This document shows positions 28,791 through 43,110 of a stretch of 64,000 nt of DNA, piece by piece. Numbering within the stretch: the stretch's first letter is position 1; the number at the start of each line of letters is the position of its first letter. The notes beneath the pieces were generated by a model. It saw nothing but the letters and a program-made list of their open reading frames with translations. It ran no database searches and was not told the DNA's origin. The DNA is taken from the NCBI RefSeq assembly GCF_009914755.1, contig NC_060933.1; one strand, given 5' to 3'. A program made the position numbers and the translations under genes. Source of the stretch: the human T2T-CHM13v2.0 reference genome, Homo sapiens.

Positions 28791-29506
28791 CACACACTCA
28801 CACATTATATGTGCATATTTAAACAAAAAATGTTGCTTTAAAACTTACTAGGAAACAATGACAGTTTTAGAATACAGTGTCTTATGATTAGGAAACTATA
28901 AAATAGTGTGAGCCCTCACTCCCGGGAAATAAAGCAAATCTGGAAAGCTTAGGACACGAATGCTCATCTGGGGCACAAGTATTCCTTGGGAGAAGTTTAG
29001 AATTGCTGGGAGTCATATAATTTGCAAAAGCTTGGTTAATAATACGTTCACATTTGGAAAATTAAAAAAATTAATGTATATAATAATATTACAGAGTCAA
29101 CATTTTGACTCTGTAATATTAATAATTATCCATATAATAATATTACAGAGTCAACCAACCACCAGAGCCTATGCTGAATGTTATATATATTACATAACAG
29201 CCACAGGAAAAGGTATTAGTATCCCTATTTCTCAGAAGACAGAAACTGACCTTTCCAAGGCTATATAGCTAGTAAAAATAAACATATACACTCACCATCT
29301 CAATATGTTCAGAAAAAGCATTTCACAAAACTCAACTCCCATTCATAATAAAAACTCTCAACAAACTAGAAATAGAAGGAAAGTTGATGAAGAGCATCTG
29401 CAAAAAACCTGTAGCTAACACCGCACTTAATGGTGAAAGACCACTTCTCTCATCATTTCAATTATTTCAATTCAATATTGGTGGTCCTAGCCCATGTAAT
29501 AAGGAA

Positions 29507-29600
29507 AGAGGAGAGGGGAGAGGGGAGAGGGGAGAGGGGAAAGGAGAGGGAGAAAGAGAAAGAGAGAGAGAGAGAAAGAAAGAAAGAGAAAGAGAGAGAG
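29507..29600 (+). repeat. Purine tract with a (GGGGAGA)3GGGG G-quadruplex motif
   Basis: Four G4 runs at 29515-18, 29522-25, 29529-32, 29536-39, then (GA/GAAA)n. Confidence 0.9.
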
Positions 29601-30427
29601 AAATAAAGTTGGTTTCTTCATTTGCAGATGACATAATCTGCAGATGACATAATCTATGTAGAAAATACCGAGGAATATACCAAAGTGATAAAACTAATAA
29701 CTGAGTTTAACAAGGTCACAAGATACAACGTCAATATATGAAATGCAATGACATTTTAATATACTAGCAATGAACAGCTGGAAGTTGAAATTAAAAAGAA
29801 AATACTAAAAACGTGACATACTTAGGAAAAAAAACATTGCTGAGAGAAATTAAGGAAGATCTAAAGAAATGGAAAGATATACCATGTTCATGGGTTGGAA
29901 AATTCAGTATTATTAAGGCATCAATTATGCCCCAAATGATCCATAGATTCAACATAATACCAATCAAAATCCCAGCAGACTTCTCTGTAGAAACTGACAA
30001 GTAGATTATAAAAGTTATATGGAAATGCTAAAATCTGATTCTAAAATCTACAAGAAAATGCAAAGTTGGAGGACTCATACTACCTGATTACAAAACTTAG
30101 TATAAAGCTACAGTAATCAAGACAGTGTGATATTAACACAGGATAGACATATAAATCAAAGAAACAAAATGAAGTCCAGAAACAGACCCACCATATATGG
30201 TAAGATGATTTTCAACAAAACTGTTAAGGTAATTCAATATGGAAATGATAATCTTTTCAAAAAAGGGGTATTAGAACTGAATATTCATATGTGAAAAAAA
30301 TCAATCGTTCCCTCTCACTATTCACAAAAATTAACTTAAAATGGGCCAGAGACTTAAATTTAAGAGCTAAAGCTATAAAAGTTCCAGAAGAAAACATAGC
30401 AGAAAAATCTTTGTAACTTTGGGCTAG

Positions 30428-30661
<234 letters not shown>

Positions 30662-31148
30662 TGAAGACTTCTTAAACAGGACACAAAAAATGTACAAACT
30701 ATAAAAGCAGAAGTTAATAATTTGCACATCACCAAAATTAAAAGCTTCCATCCTTTGAAAGACAGTGTTAGGAAAATAAGATGAGTCATTGACTAGAGAT
30801 AATATTTGCAAAACACCTATGTGATAAAAGACTTATACCTGGAATACATAAACAACCCTTACAACTCAATAAGATGACAAACAAGCCACTGAAAATATAA
30901 CCAAAAGATTTAAACAGATGCTTTAGTACAGAAAAGATATGATTGGACAATAAGCCCATAAAAAGACACTCAACATCATTAGTCATCAGGGAAATGCAAT
31001 GCATTATCTCTACCACTTAACTAGAATACCTAAAACTAAAAAGCCTGAAAATTCCAAGTGTTGACAAGGATGCAGAACAACTGGAAATCTCATAAGTTGC
31101 TGGTGGGAAATCAAAATGGAAGAACCACTTTGGAAAACAGTTTGGCAA

Positions 31149-31233
31149 TCTAGTGGTTAATTTTATGAATTAAATTGGCAGAGCCACAGTGCCCAGATAC
31201 TTGGTCAAATATTATTCTATATGTTTTTGTGAA

Positions 31234-31266
<33 letters not shown>

Positions 31267-31714
31267 AATAAAGTTGGTTTCTTCATTTGCAGATGAAGGT
31301 TTTTTTTTGAGGAGATTAACATTTAAATGGTAGACTTTGAGTAAAGCAGATTGCCCACTATAATATAAGTGGGCTTCATACAATCAGTTGAAGGCATTAC
31401 GAGAACAGACTGACTACCGCCTGAACAAGAAGGAATTCTCCCAGCAGACTGCCTTTGAATTTGAACTGCAACTCTTCCCTGGGTCTCCAGCCTTCCAGCT
31501 TGCTCTGTGGATTTTGGACTTACCAAACCTCCACAATCACACGAACCAATTCCTTCAGCTAAATCAACCAGCTGATCTCTATATATACATATATGTGTAT
31601 ACACACACACCCCCGCCACAAACACACACACACACACACACACACACCCCTCCTCCCCCCTCCACACACAGCCTGTTGGTTCTGTTTCTCTGGAGAACTC
31701 TGACTACTAATATA
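31149..31714 (+). mobile_element. MLT2 (ERVL) solo LTR
   Basis: gtggttaattttatg...cccagatacttggtcaaat...ggttctgtttctctggagaactctgact; 5-bp TSD ggcaa/ggcag. Confidence 0.9.
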
Positions 31715-32419
31715 GGCAGTTTTTAAATCAAATTAAACAAATACTCTGCACTTACATTTGATCCAGCAATCCTACTCATAAGTGTTTACCCCCTACAACC
31801 CAAAATTGTTTGTGTAGACAAAACAAATATATGTCTACACAAGCTCCCCATGAAGACTTTCTTCACCTGCCGAGTCTCAGTAACTTTGCTGTCCTCAAGG
31901 TCAATAACCTCTTTTCCACACCTCTCTCCTGGCATACAATGGGGTCAGAGTCAGTGACAATTTGGTTGAAAGAAATAGAAGTCACTTAGGCTTAAGTATA
32001 TGTGAATTTGCTAACAAGGACATGGATAATATATAGAATTCAAGAGCATGAAGTGTAGCTGGGCCTCAGGAAGCTTTGGGACCAAGACTGGCACATCTCT
32101 CCTCCTCATGGACCCATGGGCTCTCATTTATGTTTCTTTTCCTCTATGTCTGCCTCATTCCTCTCCCTCCTTCTTGTTTCAGGATACTTCTCTATGCACA
32201 TGAGCCAAACACGGCCCATGCAGCCCAGCCCTGCCTGGACTCTATCACTTTATAAAGCTTCACATTCAAATTCTCAGGATAAAGAATCCGATGGATTCGT
32301 CTTGAGGTCCATTGGCTATGGCTTCAGAGCTGATATCCCAAAGCCCAGTGCAGGACTAGCTTAGGAGACAACTCTATGGGAAAGGAATATGGAGCAGAGA
32401 AGAAATGATCAGTCTCCTG

Positions 32420-32885
32420 GCCTACAAGACCCTACCTGGGCTGATCCCTGACTGCCATCCTTAATACCATTGTAGTACCCACTGTCTCTCAGCTTCTTGC
32501 TATTATCCAAGGACTCCAAGCATGCTCTTGCCTCAAGGTCTGTTTTTGTGTTTGCTGTTCCTTTTGCCTAGAAGGCTCTTCCCACAAATATATGCAGGGC
32601 TTGTTCCCTCACTTCATCAGGCCTTGGTTCAAATGGCCAGGCCTTCCTTGACCACTACAACCCGATGTCACACTCTTTGCCATTACTCTGCTTTATTTTT
32701 CCTCAGAACATTGTAAAAACATGACATGATCATGTATATTTACTTATTAATCTGCTTGCTATCTGTCTTTCCCACTAGAATGTAAAATTCATGAGAATAA
32801 GAACTGCTATCTTCTCTACTGTATCACCAGAACTCTTAGTATCAGGTACAGAATAGATGTTCCATAAATGTTTGTTGGATAGAGT
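32420..32885 (+). mobile_element. L2 3' fragment
   Basis: cccactagaatgtaaaattcatgag...gttccataaatgtttgttggat. Confidence 0.7.
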
Positions 32886-34074
32886 ATTAATTTTACATGC
32901 CTGTTTTACATGTCTACTAATTGAATGACCACCACCACAGTCCATATATCTCCACTGATAATGTCCCATGGAGGGGCATTTCCTACCATGTTCATGCCAG
33001 TATTTTGTACTCTTTCAATGTTGACACTATTTTTCTCATCCCCCAAAATTCTTCTGTTAGTTCTCAATAAGTGATTTAATTAAATTCCTCTTTAGCCCAT
33101 TCACATTCTGGCAGCTCCATGAATGGCTTTCCCCATTCAAAAAACCTAAATGCTCTCATTACAGAGTCCCATTTGTAAGAAGCCCTACAGAGTCCCAGCA
33201 AACCTGTTCTTCTCTTTCCAACTTGGCCATGTCTCAGATGGGACCCCAAGAGCTTAAGCTTCTTTGAACTCACCCACAAATAACTGGTTTGAGTAGAGGG
33301 AGTTGGGGATGTCTGTGGAAAACTGTGAACTCATGCTGGATGGAAAGCCAGGGTCCTAATGGTGACACCCCTTGGAAGCAGACTTTATTCTGTGAGTAGT
33401 GGGGGGCCACTGATGGTTTCTCAGCAGGAGTAGGTAATAAAAGATGTGCTTCAAGAAGATGTCTGGTAGCAATGGGTAGAATGATAGTGACCTGTGATTA
33501 TTCAGGGTAGAAGATGATTATGGCCTAGATAGGGCTCTGGAAACAGAGACTGCTGCAGAAAAAAACATGGTGGGAAGAATCTATAGAATTTGGAAAGTGA
33601 GTAGAAGTATGTGTGGGGATGGGAGTGGGGGACTGGGGGTGGGAGAGGTGTCAGATGCTGCCAAGGTGTCAAGCCAGAAGTCACTGGATAGTTTATTAGG
33701 ATATCCACGATAATCCTCAAGATGACAGTTTAAGATCGATGTTGGAAGGGAAAGGAGATACTGAGAAATTAGTCGAGGGGTTGAATAAGTATAACTTGTA
33801 TGTTTTTTATTACCTCCAAAGCATTTTCATCTTACTTGATCCTTACTGGCTCATGGGATAGGTAAGTAAGAAAGGCTGTAACTTTGTCCAAGCCACAGAG
33901 GCCAACAGAATTGAGGTCAATTTCTCTAACATGATTGAACAGGAAGCTGTTTAGTTATTTGAAAACATCAGTTAAGGCAAGATCTCATAACAACATCACA
34001 CAAGCAAAACATTTTTCTTTCATTTGGCCACTCACTGCCTGAACCGAGTTATGTGTTTGGCAAGTTCACCACTT

Positions 34075-34570
34075 TGTGAGTCCAGGTTGGGCGAGGCAAG
34101 ATCGTCTACCTGAAGTGAGAGAAAAAAAGCTAGAGACTTGCTTGCCCAGTTTCCCTTGCAGCTAGAGAAAAGGCTGAGGGAGAAGTGAGCTCTGCCAACC
34201 AGGCAGCCTGCACGGAGGCGGACTGGGAGCTTACATTATGAAAGGGAGGGGGGAGCTCGTGCTCTCTTCAGCAGTGGCAGGAGAAGGGTGGCCTTGTAGC
34301 TGCACACTCGACACAGAGGTAGCTTTGAGGATGGCAGGGCCAGCAGCTGCGATTAAGGTCCTGGCAGACAGGTCACGTGGCATCGAGAGCTCCCTAGAGG
34401 TGGCACTTTCTCGTCAGACCAGTTCTGGGGTTTGGTGTTGGGTGCTGCTCCAGGAAGCTCAGCCTTCATTCAGACTCTCCAGTTCTCCCAATTCTCCAGC
34501 TGCCCAATCACGTCTCTGCTTAGCCAGAGTCATTTTCTGTTGCTAGTGTCTAAGAACTCTGACTGATACA
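34075..34570 (+). mobile_element. ERVL LTR (LTR41/LTR79-like)
   Basis: accagttctggggtttggtg...ccaggaagctcagcc...gccagagtcattttctgttgc...aagaactctgactgataca. Confidence 0.6.
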
Positions 34571-36708
34571 CCTTAAAACCATAAATGTTTTGTTTTACTT
34601 TAAATATCACATGGATAGACATACTCACCAATCTTAACACCAGTTGAAAGTAAGTCCTGTGACATATAAGCAAAATGAAAATAGGAAAAGTTTTATTTTG
34701 ATAAGCACCCAGGAGTCATTTTCTAGATTTATTAAAACTCATTTATAATATCAAGTTTTTTTATAGAGGCAGGCTACAAAATAGTAAATATGCTGTATTT
34801 GTTGCACCCACAAGAAAAGAATATGCCCAAATGTTAACAGCCATTATCTTGGGGTAGTGGGTAATGAGGAATTACTGATTTCCTCCATTCTGCTCATATA
34901 CAGTTCAAAAATTTTCTGCCATGCATGTGTCATTCTTGTATGATAAAATATTTTTAAAACATATAGAAAACAGGTCTGTTTTCTTCTGTAATTGTGCTGA
35001 TCGTTACTTTTCATCTCTGTTGGAGCATTTTAGGAGCAACTTCCTTGCCTTGGTCTGATGTTCTCAGAAGGGATTTGCAGAGAGTAACACTCCAGGTTTC
35101 TCTACTCCCACCCCACTCCCACCCTACTCCTCAACATCCACCCCTTCTGGAGAGCTTCGGAGGAAGTCCTAGACAAGCCTGGCTTCAAGCCTTCCTTGCT
35201 CTTTTTCACCTCTGTCTGCCCACAGAAGGGGGCATTCTGGTCTGCTCTCCTGCAGGTAAGTTACCAGGCAAGAACTGTCCCCCTGCACCAGGGCTGAGAG
35301 CATGAGTGACACTAATTCCAGGCAGTCTTTAGTGGCCACACATCTAAGCCACAGTTTCCAACTGGCTTTATTAATAACAGAGCTCCATTTGTCTCTTGCA
35401 TTTTATTTCTCATTTGGTTCCTAAAATGGGAGGGGAATTGAAGAAGGTAATATAGACACACCCAGGCACCAAAGGAACTGTGATTAACACTATTTTCTTA
35501 GGCCTCTCAGTGCCCTCCATGAATAAGTCCTGAGACACAGGGGAACGCAGGCTGCTGAATGGATTTTCAATTGCCTATAACCCTGGGGAGAAAACGCTCA
35601 AGCCCCAGTATGCTGCCAATACTGCCTGCATTTTCCCTTTTCACTGCCTTGTTGGGAAGTGCATCATTGCTTAATATTCAGGAACTCCCTACCAGGATTC
35701 AGTGCCTTAATAACAGCAATATAAAACCTCGATTATCTAATAAAATATCCCAGACTGGACCCTGAGGTTTCATTAGTGGCAAGACATTTTATTGGGATTA
35801 TAGCTTTTTGTTGTTGTTGTTCAGAAAGCAGACACTGTTCAAGCCTGGAAAGCTTATTCATTGATGTTAACCTTTTCCTTCACAAAATATATGAAAAGAA
35901 AGCAAATCATGGACTCTCAAATCTGCAGTTCTACCTCTGCTATTTTATTATTCCTTACCTCCTTCAGATAAAGTATCTAAGTCTCAGAAGTCATTACTCT
36001 TAAATTCAAGCCATAAAAACACACCCATCTTCCTAAGAGTTTATCAGCATTTTGCAAAGTAGCTGGATACAGCAAGTACTTTAAAAGCCACAGTAAAGTG
36101 CAAGCCGACTTCCAAATCTTACACATAATTGCTATCTGACAGCTTTCAGGGTAGACAACAACCAAAGTTAAGTTTCCTGACTATATTTTCCTCTAACTTA
36201 TTAAGTTATTATTCAAGGTCACAAAACAACAGCTTAGGATATGCATGCCATTAAACAGAAAGCAAACCTCATCAAACACATAACTCTTAAAAGTTGCTTC
36301 CTTAGTGCGCCAGAATGTATGCTATAGAAATATAAAGACATGAGCACACAAAGACAGAATAATACTATTGAGTATTTAAAAGTCTTCAGCTAAAATGTTT
36401 TCAACAGCACTGTTTTCTAGGAAATCAAACAAAAGGTGCTTAATGAACAGTGAAACTGTGATAAGTCCTTTTTAATAAAATAGGCAGACTGTTGACTGGG
36501 GTTTTGGTGGGTGGTCTGTGGGGGATAGGAACATGGGGTTGATAAAGACAGGCCTTAAAGGCAGGACTGCATGACTGGCAAGCTTTGGCTGTTGCTGCCT
36601 AGGTTGGGCCATGCTGCAGCCGCCCCCACCACTGCACTCTCTGGATCAGAACTGGAAGGTACCTCGATATCTTTGCTTATAGCATTGGACAGATGAAGGG
36701 CTGGTTAC

Positions 36709-36812
36709 CTGTCAGGAAGTGAAGAGCGTGGTTAAGAGTCCTCTATGCTAGGTTGTCACAGTCACCAGCTACTAGACTCTTGGCTACAACATTTCTCACC
36801 AAGAGCAGTGTC
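36709..36812 (-). other. Candidate 104-nt non-coding (5'UTR) internal exon of the minus-strand gene
   Basis: Minus strand: ctgtttagtttttccccaag|GACACTG...CTTCCTGACAG|gtaacc, in unique sequence. Its only ATG reads ATG TTG TAG. Confidence 0.4.
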
Positions 36813-37399
36813 CTTGGGGAAAAACTAAACAGGGATGAGAAAGGGGTTAGGAATAAAACTCTCTCCTAGAGACCAGGTCAGAATACATAATGGGTTTAAC
36901 TTCGCAATAAAGTGACAAGGTGCACTTGAATAAGCCACCCTGATACACGGAAAGCACTGGGCACAGAAGTAACTTTCCCATTGAATCAGGAGTTGATCCC
37001 ATAAACCTTACTATTAGCCAAGTTTACATTTATGAACATTTTACACACACTACTCAGTTATATATTAAAGACAAAAATTGATAAAATACTTATACTTTGG
37101 TAAGCCATAGAGCCAATTCTCTTTTCAACCTAGTTGTTCATTTCACCAGTGGGCAAAAATCATTATTTTTAAAGGTTTCCAATTTAAGAGCACAGACCAC
37201 CCAGCTATTATAGAGCTCTATAGTTTAGCCCTCGAAGGTGAGTCCCAGATGCAGTTCAGGGATGGTCTGAACCTTTGAACAAGGGCAAATCCAAGCACTC
37301 TAACTCCTGGTTCCCTGCTCTATCCCTCATCCATGCCACCTTTTTTAAGCATCCATATGGATTAGTGAATCTCATTTCCAAATCTATGCTTGGTTAGCA

Positions 37400-37960
37400 T
37401 AATCTCTCATCCAGAACTCCCCTTTGAATTTGAGATCCTATATCTAAGGGCCCACCTCCATTCCTCCCTGCAGGTCTCACAGACACCTTAAAGTCAATGT
37501 CTTATCTGTTTCCCTTTCACGCTCCCAAACGAGTCATTGTTCATCTTCCACTCCTTATTTCAGTAACTGGAACTCCATCCCTCCAGAAGCACAAAACAGA
37601 ACCTGGGAGTCATCCTTGATTCTTGCTATTTCCTCACCTCCCATATCCAACCTATCCCCAAGTCCTGATGACTTTACCTGCTGAATATCTTTCCAGTCTG
37701 TCCATTTCTCTCCAGCCTTCTGCCAGCAACATTCCAAACCATCACCTCCCTCTTGAAGCTCTATAATAGCTTCTTAGTGGCTATCACTTTCCATCTTGTA
37801 AAATGCACGTAAGAGTGTCTTCTCTTTTGCCCCTTTTCCAATCAAAGATCCTAGAAAAGCACAAATCTGATCATGTCTTTCCTTTACTTGAAATGCAAAA
37901 ATGGCATCCCATTATTCTCAGAATAAAGAACAAATCCCTAAGGCAGCCTGGAGCTCCTGC
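37400..37960 (+). mobile_element. L2 fragment
   Basis: aacctgggagtcatccttgattc...aaatctgatcatgtc...cagaataaag. Confidence 0.75.
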
Positions 37961-38684
37961 CTGACCAGACCCTGGCTCAGTCTCCAGCCAGCTAACCCAC
38001 ACTGTCTGCTTCAGACACACCCTCTCCCTTCTGCCCAGAGTCACTTACCCCCTAGAGTCACTTTCCCACTGGCCCCACAGGACCAGGTCTTCCTGCCACA
38101 TGCTAGTACCCTCACTTCTCCATGGCACTTATCGGTGGGTGATGACACATGTGTGGTTTTGTGCAAGTGCCTGTCTCCTGTGCTTAACTCTAAAGCCCCC
38201 TGAAGAGAAGGGCTCCATGTGCTCTGCTCCCATCCACCCCCGGGGCCTTGCATGGGGCTGACACACAGTTGATACAGTGCAAACACATGTAGAATGCACA
38301 GCACTCACATCACAGTGAGTAAGGCCCAACTCGGACAGCATCATCCTCTTGCCAAACAAGAGTCAGTTTTTCAGGGCCTCAGAGGGTCTGGAGGAATAAC
38401 TCATCTCTCCCCTTAACAAATCTCCCCAGTATGATGTCTGGGCTTAAAAGTGGGGGTAGGGTGGGGAAAGTATTCTGTTAATGTGGTTTTTAAAGATAGT
38501 GACAGCCGGTTGGCATCCTTTAAACATCTGATTAATGGAATATATTAAAGTAATAATAAAGATTTTAACTGCTACAGCTTTAATCCAAACTGAGAAAATG
38601 TCTAAGAAATGAGAAAGCAGGAATGCTCTCTCCCACTGCCTCCTCCCCCATGAATAAACAGGAAGATGAGAGACAGAGTTACAG

Positions 38685-38950
38685 GCAGTGTGGTATACTG
38701 GTTATATGTGCACACACTCTGGACTCTGGCTAGCTGCATTCAAATTCTGGCTCTGTCACCTACTGGCTGTGCTATCTTGGGCAAGTCACTTAACCTCTCT
38801 GCTTCAGTGTCCTCATCTGCAAAATGAGGATAACAACAGCATGCCTTATAGTGTTGTTGTGAGGATTAAATGAGTTAATGTAGGTTAAGTGCTTTGAGCA
38901 ATGTCTTATGCTGCTTATAGTAAGCAATACACAAACATTTGCCATGTTAT
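38685..38950 (+). mobile_element. MIR SINE
   Basis: ttgggcaagtcacttaacctctctgcttcagtgtcctcatctgcaaaatgaggataa. Confidence 0.85.
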
Positions 38951-39439
38951 TGTTACTTGGTGTTTTAAAGATGTTTAACAGCATTCTGGCTAAAAGTGTT
39001 ATGTTTTGGTTAGAATGGAACTCAATGTTTAAAATGAAGATGTTAAAATTAAAACGTGTACTGTCTTGTTTTGTTATACACGAAACTATTTTTAATGAAA
39101 ATAGTCTGAATGCTTAACCTTGTTGAACTCAGATAAAACAAACAAAATATCTGTTAGTGAATGGTTGTTGGCTTCTTAACAGAGTGTGACAAAAACCTTC
39201 CTCAAATATGCACGAATAACCTGAATTCAGTATACCTGTTCAGTATCCAGTGAATTCAGAAGCATATGCCTCATTTCCCTTTGATAGATAAAGTAACAAA
39301 ATCACATTCAGTTAACTGAGCTGGACAACAAAATCAGAAGGAAATTAACAAAAATAAATCACTGCATTAAAACAGAGCATGTATACATACATCTATCCTT
39401 GAATTGTGAAGAATATATGCTCAGATTACACCAAACAGA

Positions 39440-40045
39440 AAGGTACTTATTATAAAAACAGTTGACTAAAATGTCTCCAACTAAACACATGCCCATCCCT
39501 ATGACGAAATAGTTTCACTCCTAAATATATACTGAAGAAATACAAAGACAGAAAGACATATATAACATTGTTCATAGTAGTTTTGTTTATAATAGCCAAA
39601 AACTGAAAATAACCTAGATTTCTATCAATAGGAGAATGGATAAACAAATTGTTGTATGTTTATACAACTGAATACCATATAGCAATGAGAATGAACAAAC
39701 TACTGATACGTGTAATAACATGTATGTATCTTACAGATATTTTGTAAAGTCGAAGAATCTGGACCAAAAAAAATGTATATATGGTTCTCTTTATATGAAG
39801 TTTAAGAATCATCAAAAATGATCAATAATGACAGAAGCAGCAATCGTGGTTACCTCTGGGGAGCACAGGCACAGAATGGGAGGGAGCGTGAGAGGATCTC
39901 AGTGAGTGCTGGCAATGTTCTAGATCTTGATCTGGGTGGTGGTTACACAGGTTTATACAGATGTAAAATTCATCAAGCTGTACACTTAAAGATTTGTGTA
40001 GTTTATACACTTTACTGTATGTGTTTTACTTCTATTATAAAACAA
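39440..40045 (+). mobile_element. L1ME-type 3' fragment
   Basis: tagccaaaaactgaaaataacc...gatcttgatctgggtggtggttacacagg...aattcatcaagctgtacactta. Confidence 0.8.
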
Positions 40046-40082
40046 TCTTCCCGACCAGTAATTTAAATAATGACTGACTGTA

Positions 40083-40378
<296 letters not shown>

Positions 40379-40479
40379 CTCTGACTGTACTTTAACAAAA
40401 TTGACTGCCAATTGATTACTTTGTGTGTTGTTGAAGAGTTGGCAGAGTGCTCCACCCACATACACACCAAACCAAATAT

Positions 40480-40844
40480 TAAGTCTCCCACAAAAGTCAC
40501 ATGTTGAAGCCCAAACCCCCAATGTGACTGCATTTGAAGACAGGGCCTACAAAGAAGTAATTAAGGTTACATGAACTCATATGGATGGGGCCCTAATCCA
40601 ACATGACTGGTGTTCTTTTTAGAAGAAGAGACACCAGGGATGTACACACAGAGAAAAGGCCACGTGAGGACACAGCAAGAGGGCAGCCACCTGCCAGCCA
40701 AAGAGAAAGGCTTCAGGAGAAACCAGACCTGCTAACACCTTGATCTTGGACTTCTAGCCACCAGAACTGGGAGAAAATAAACGTCTGTTGTTTAAGCCAC
40801 CCAGTCTATGGTATTTGTTATGGCAGCCTCAACAGACTAATATA
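40480..40844 (+). mobile_element. MLT1A/B (MaLR) solo LTR
   Basis: ggccctaatccaacatgactggtg...tgatcttggacttctagcc...tttaagccacccagtctatggtatttgttatggcagcc. Confidence 0.85.
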
Positions 40845-41312
40845 CCAGGTAAAGAAAGCTCCAAGAGAAACTTCAGGAACTAGACACAGGCCCTCTGGTT
40901 TTTATGGAACCCAGGTGTTGATATCTGACTCTCGCTGGGAGAAATCTAAGGGCTAGTCAGAGTGAGCAGGGCAAAATAGGGGTACAGGGAGGGGGATATG
41001 TTGGGAGCAAAAGGCATGTCTACTGCCAACCAAATAAGTGTGTGTGTGTTTCCTCTGGTCACAATGTGGCTGCACAGAAGCAGCCTGTCTAAGCTGGAGG
41101 AAGTGAAGTTTAAAATGAGACAACTGTCACTTAGCCACAAAGACAGTAAAAAAGAAATAAAAGAAGAAAGGATCTGCAAAACAACCAGAAAATAAGTAAC
41201 CAAAGGGCAGTAGTAAATCCTTATCTGTCAATAATAACCTTGAATATAAATTAATTAAATTTTCCAATTAAAAGACATAGAGTGGCTGAATGGATTTCAA
41301 AAACAAGACCCT

Positions 41313-41668
<356 letters not shown>

Positions 41669-42416
41669 TCACCTATAAAGACATGCATAGACTGAAAGTG
41701 AAGGAATGGAAAAATATATTCCATGCAAATGGAAACTAAAAAAGAGCAGGAGTAGTTATACCTATGTTAGAGAAAGTAGATTATTTTAAAGTTAAGAATG
41801 GCTTAAAGACAAAAAAAAGGCCATTATATAATGATAAAGTGGCCAGTACAGCAAGAGGATATAACAATTCTAAATATATATGCACTCAACACCAGGGCAC
41901 CCAAATATATAAAGCAAATATTCATAGACCTAAAGGGAGAGGTTGACTACAATCCAATAATAGCAGAAGAGTTCAACACCCCCACTTTCAGCAGTGAACA
42001 GATCATCCAGACAGTAAATCAACAGAGAAACATCAGAGTTAAGCTGCACTCTAGGCCAAATGGACCTAACAAACATTTACAGAACGTTCCATCCAACAGC
42101 TACAGAATACACATTTTCCTCAACACCACATGAAGTATTTTCCAGGATAGACCACATGTTAAGTCACAAAACAAATCTTAAATTTAAAAAATCAGTCATA
42201 TCAATAATCTTTTCTGATCACAATGGAACAAAACTAGAAATCAATAACAGAAGGAACCTTGGAAAGTATGCAAAATCATGGAAATTAAACAACATGCTAC
42301 TGAATAATAAATGAGTCAATGAAGAAACGTAAATAGAAACTTAAAAATTCCTTGAGACAAATGAAAATGGAAATAGAACATACCAAAACCTATGGGATAC
42401 AGCAAAAGCAGTTCTA

Positions 42417-42734
<318 letters not shown>

Positions 42735-42923
42735 AAGAGGGAAGTTTATAGTAATAAATGTCTATATCAAAAAAGTAGAAAGATCTCAAATAAGCAAGCC
42801 ACCTCAAGGAACTAGAAAAATAGGAACTAAACCCAAAATTAGTACAAGAAAAGAAATAACAAATATCTGAGCAGAAATAAACAAATCCTTAGCTAGACTT
42901 ACTAAGAAAAAGAGAGAGAAGAT

Positions 42924-43110
42924 CAGGTGCGGTGGCTCATTCCTGTAATCCCGACACTTTGGGAGGCTGAGGTGGGAGGATCGCTTGAGACCAGGAGTTC
43001 AAAGTTTCAGGGAGCTAGGATCACTCCAGGAATACTCCAGTTAGGAGCACTCCAGCCTTGGTGACAGAGCAAGACCCTGTCTCAAAAGAAAGCAAAGAAA
43101 GAAAAGAAAA
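42924..43110 (+). mobile_element. Alu monomer/recombinant (FLAM or AluJ-like)
   Basis: Left-arm start joined to right-arm end; actccag occurs three times at 43023-43055. Confidence 0.8.
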
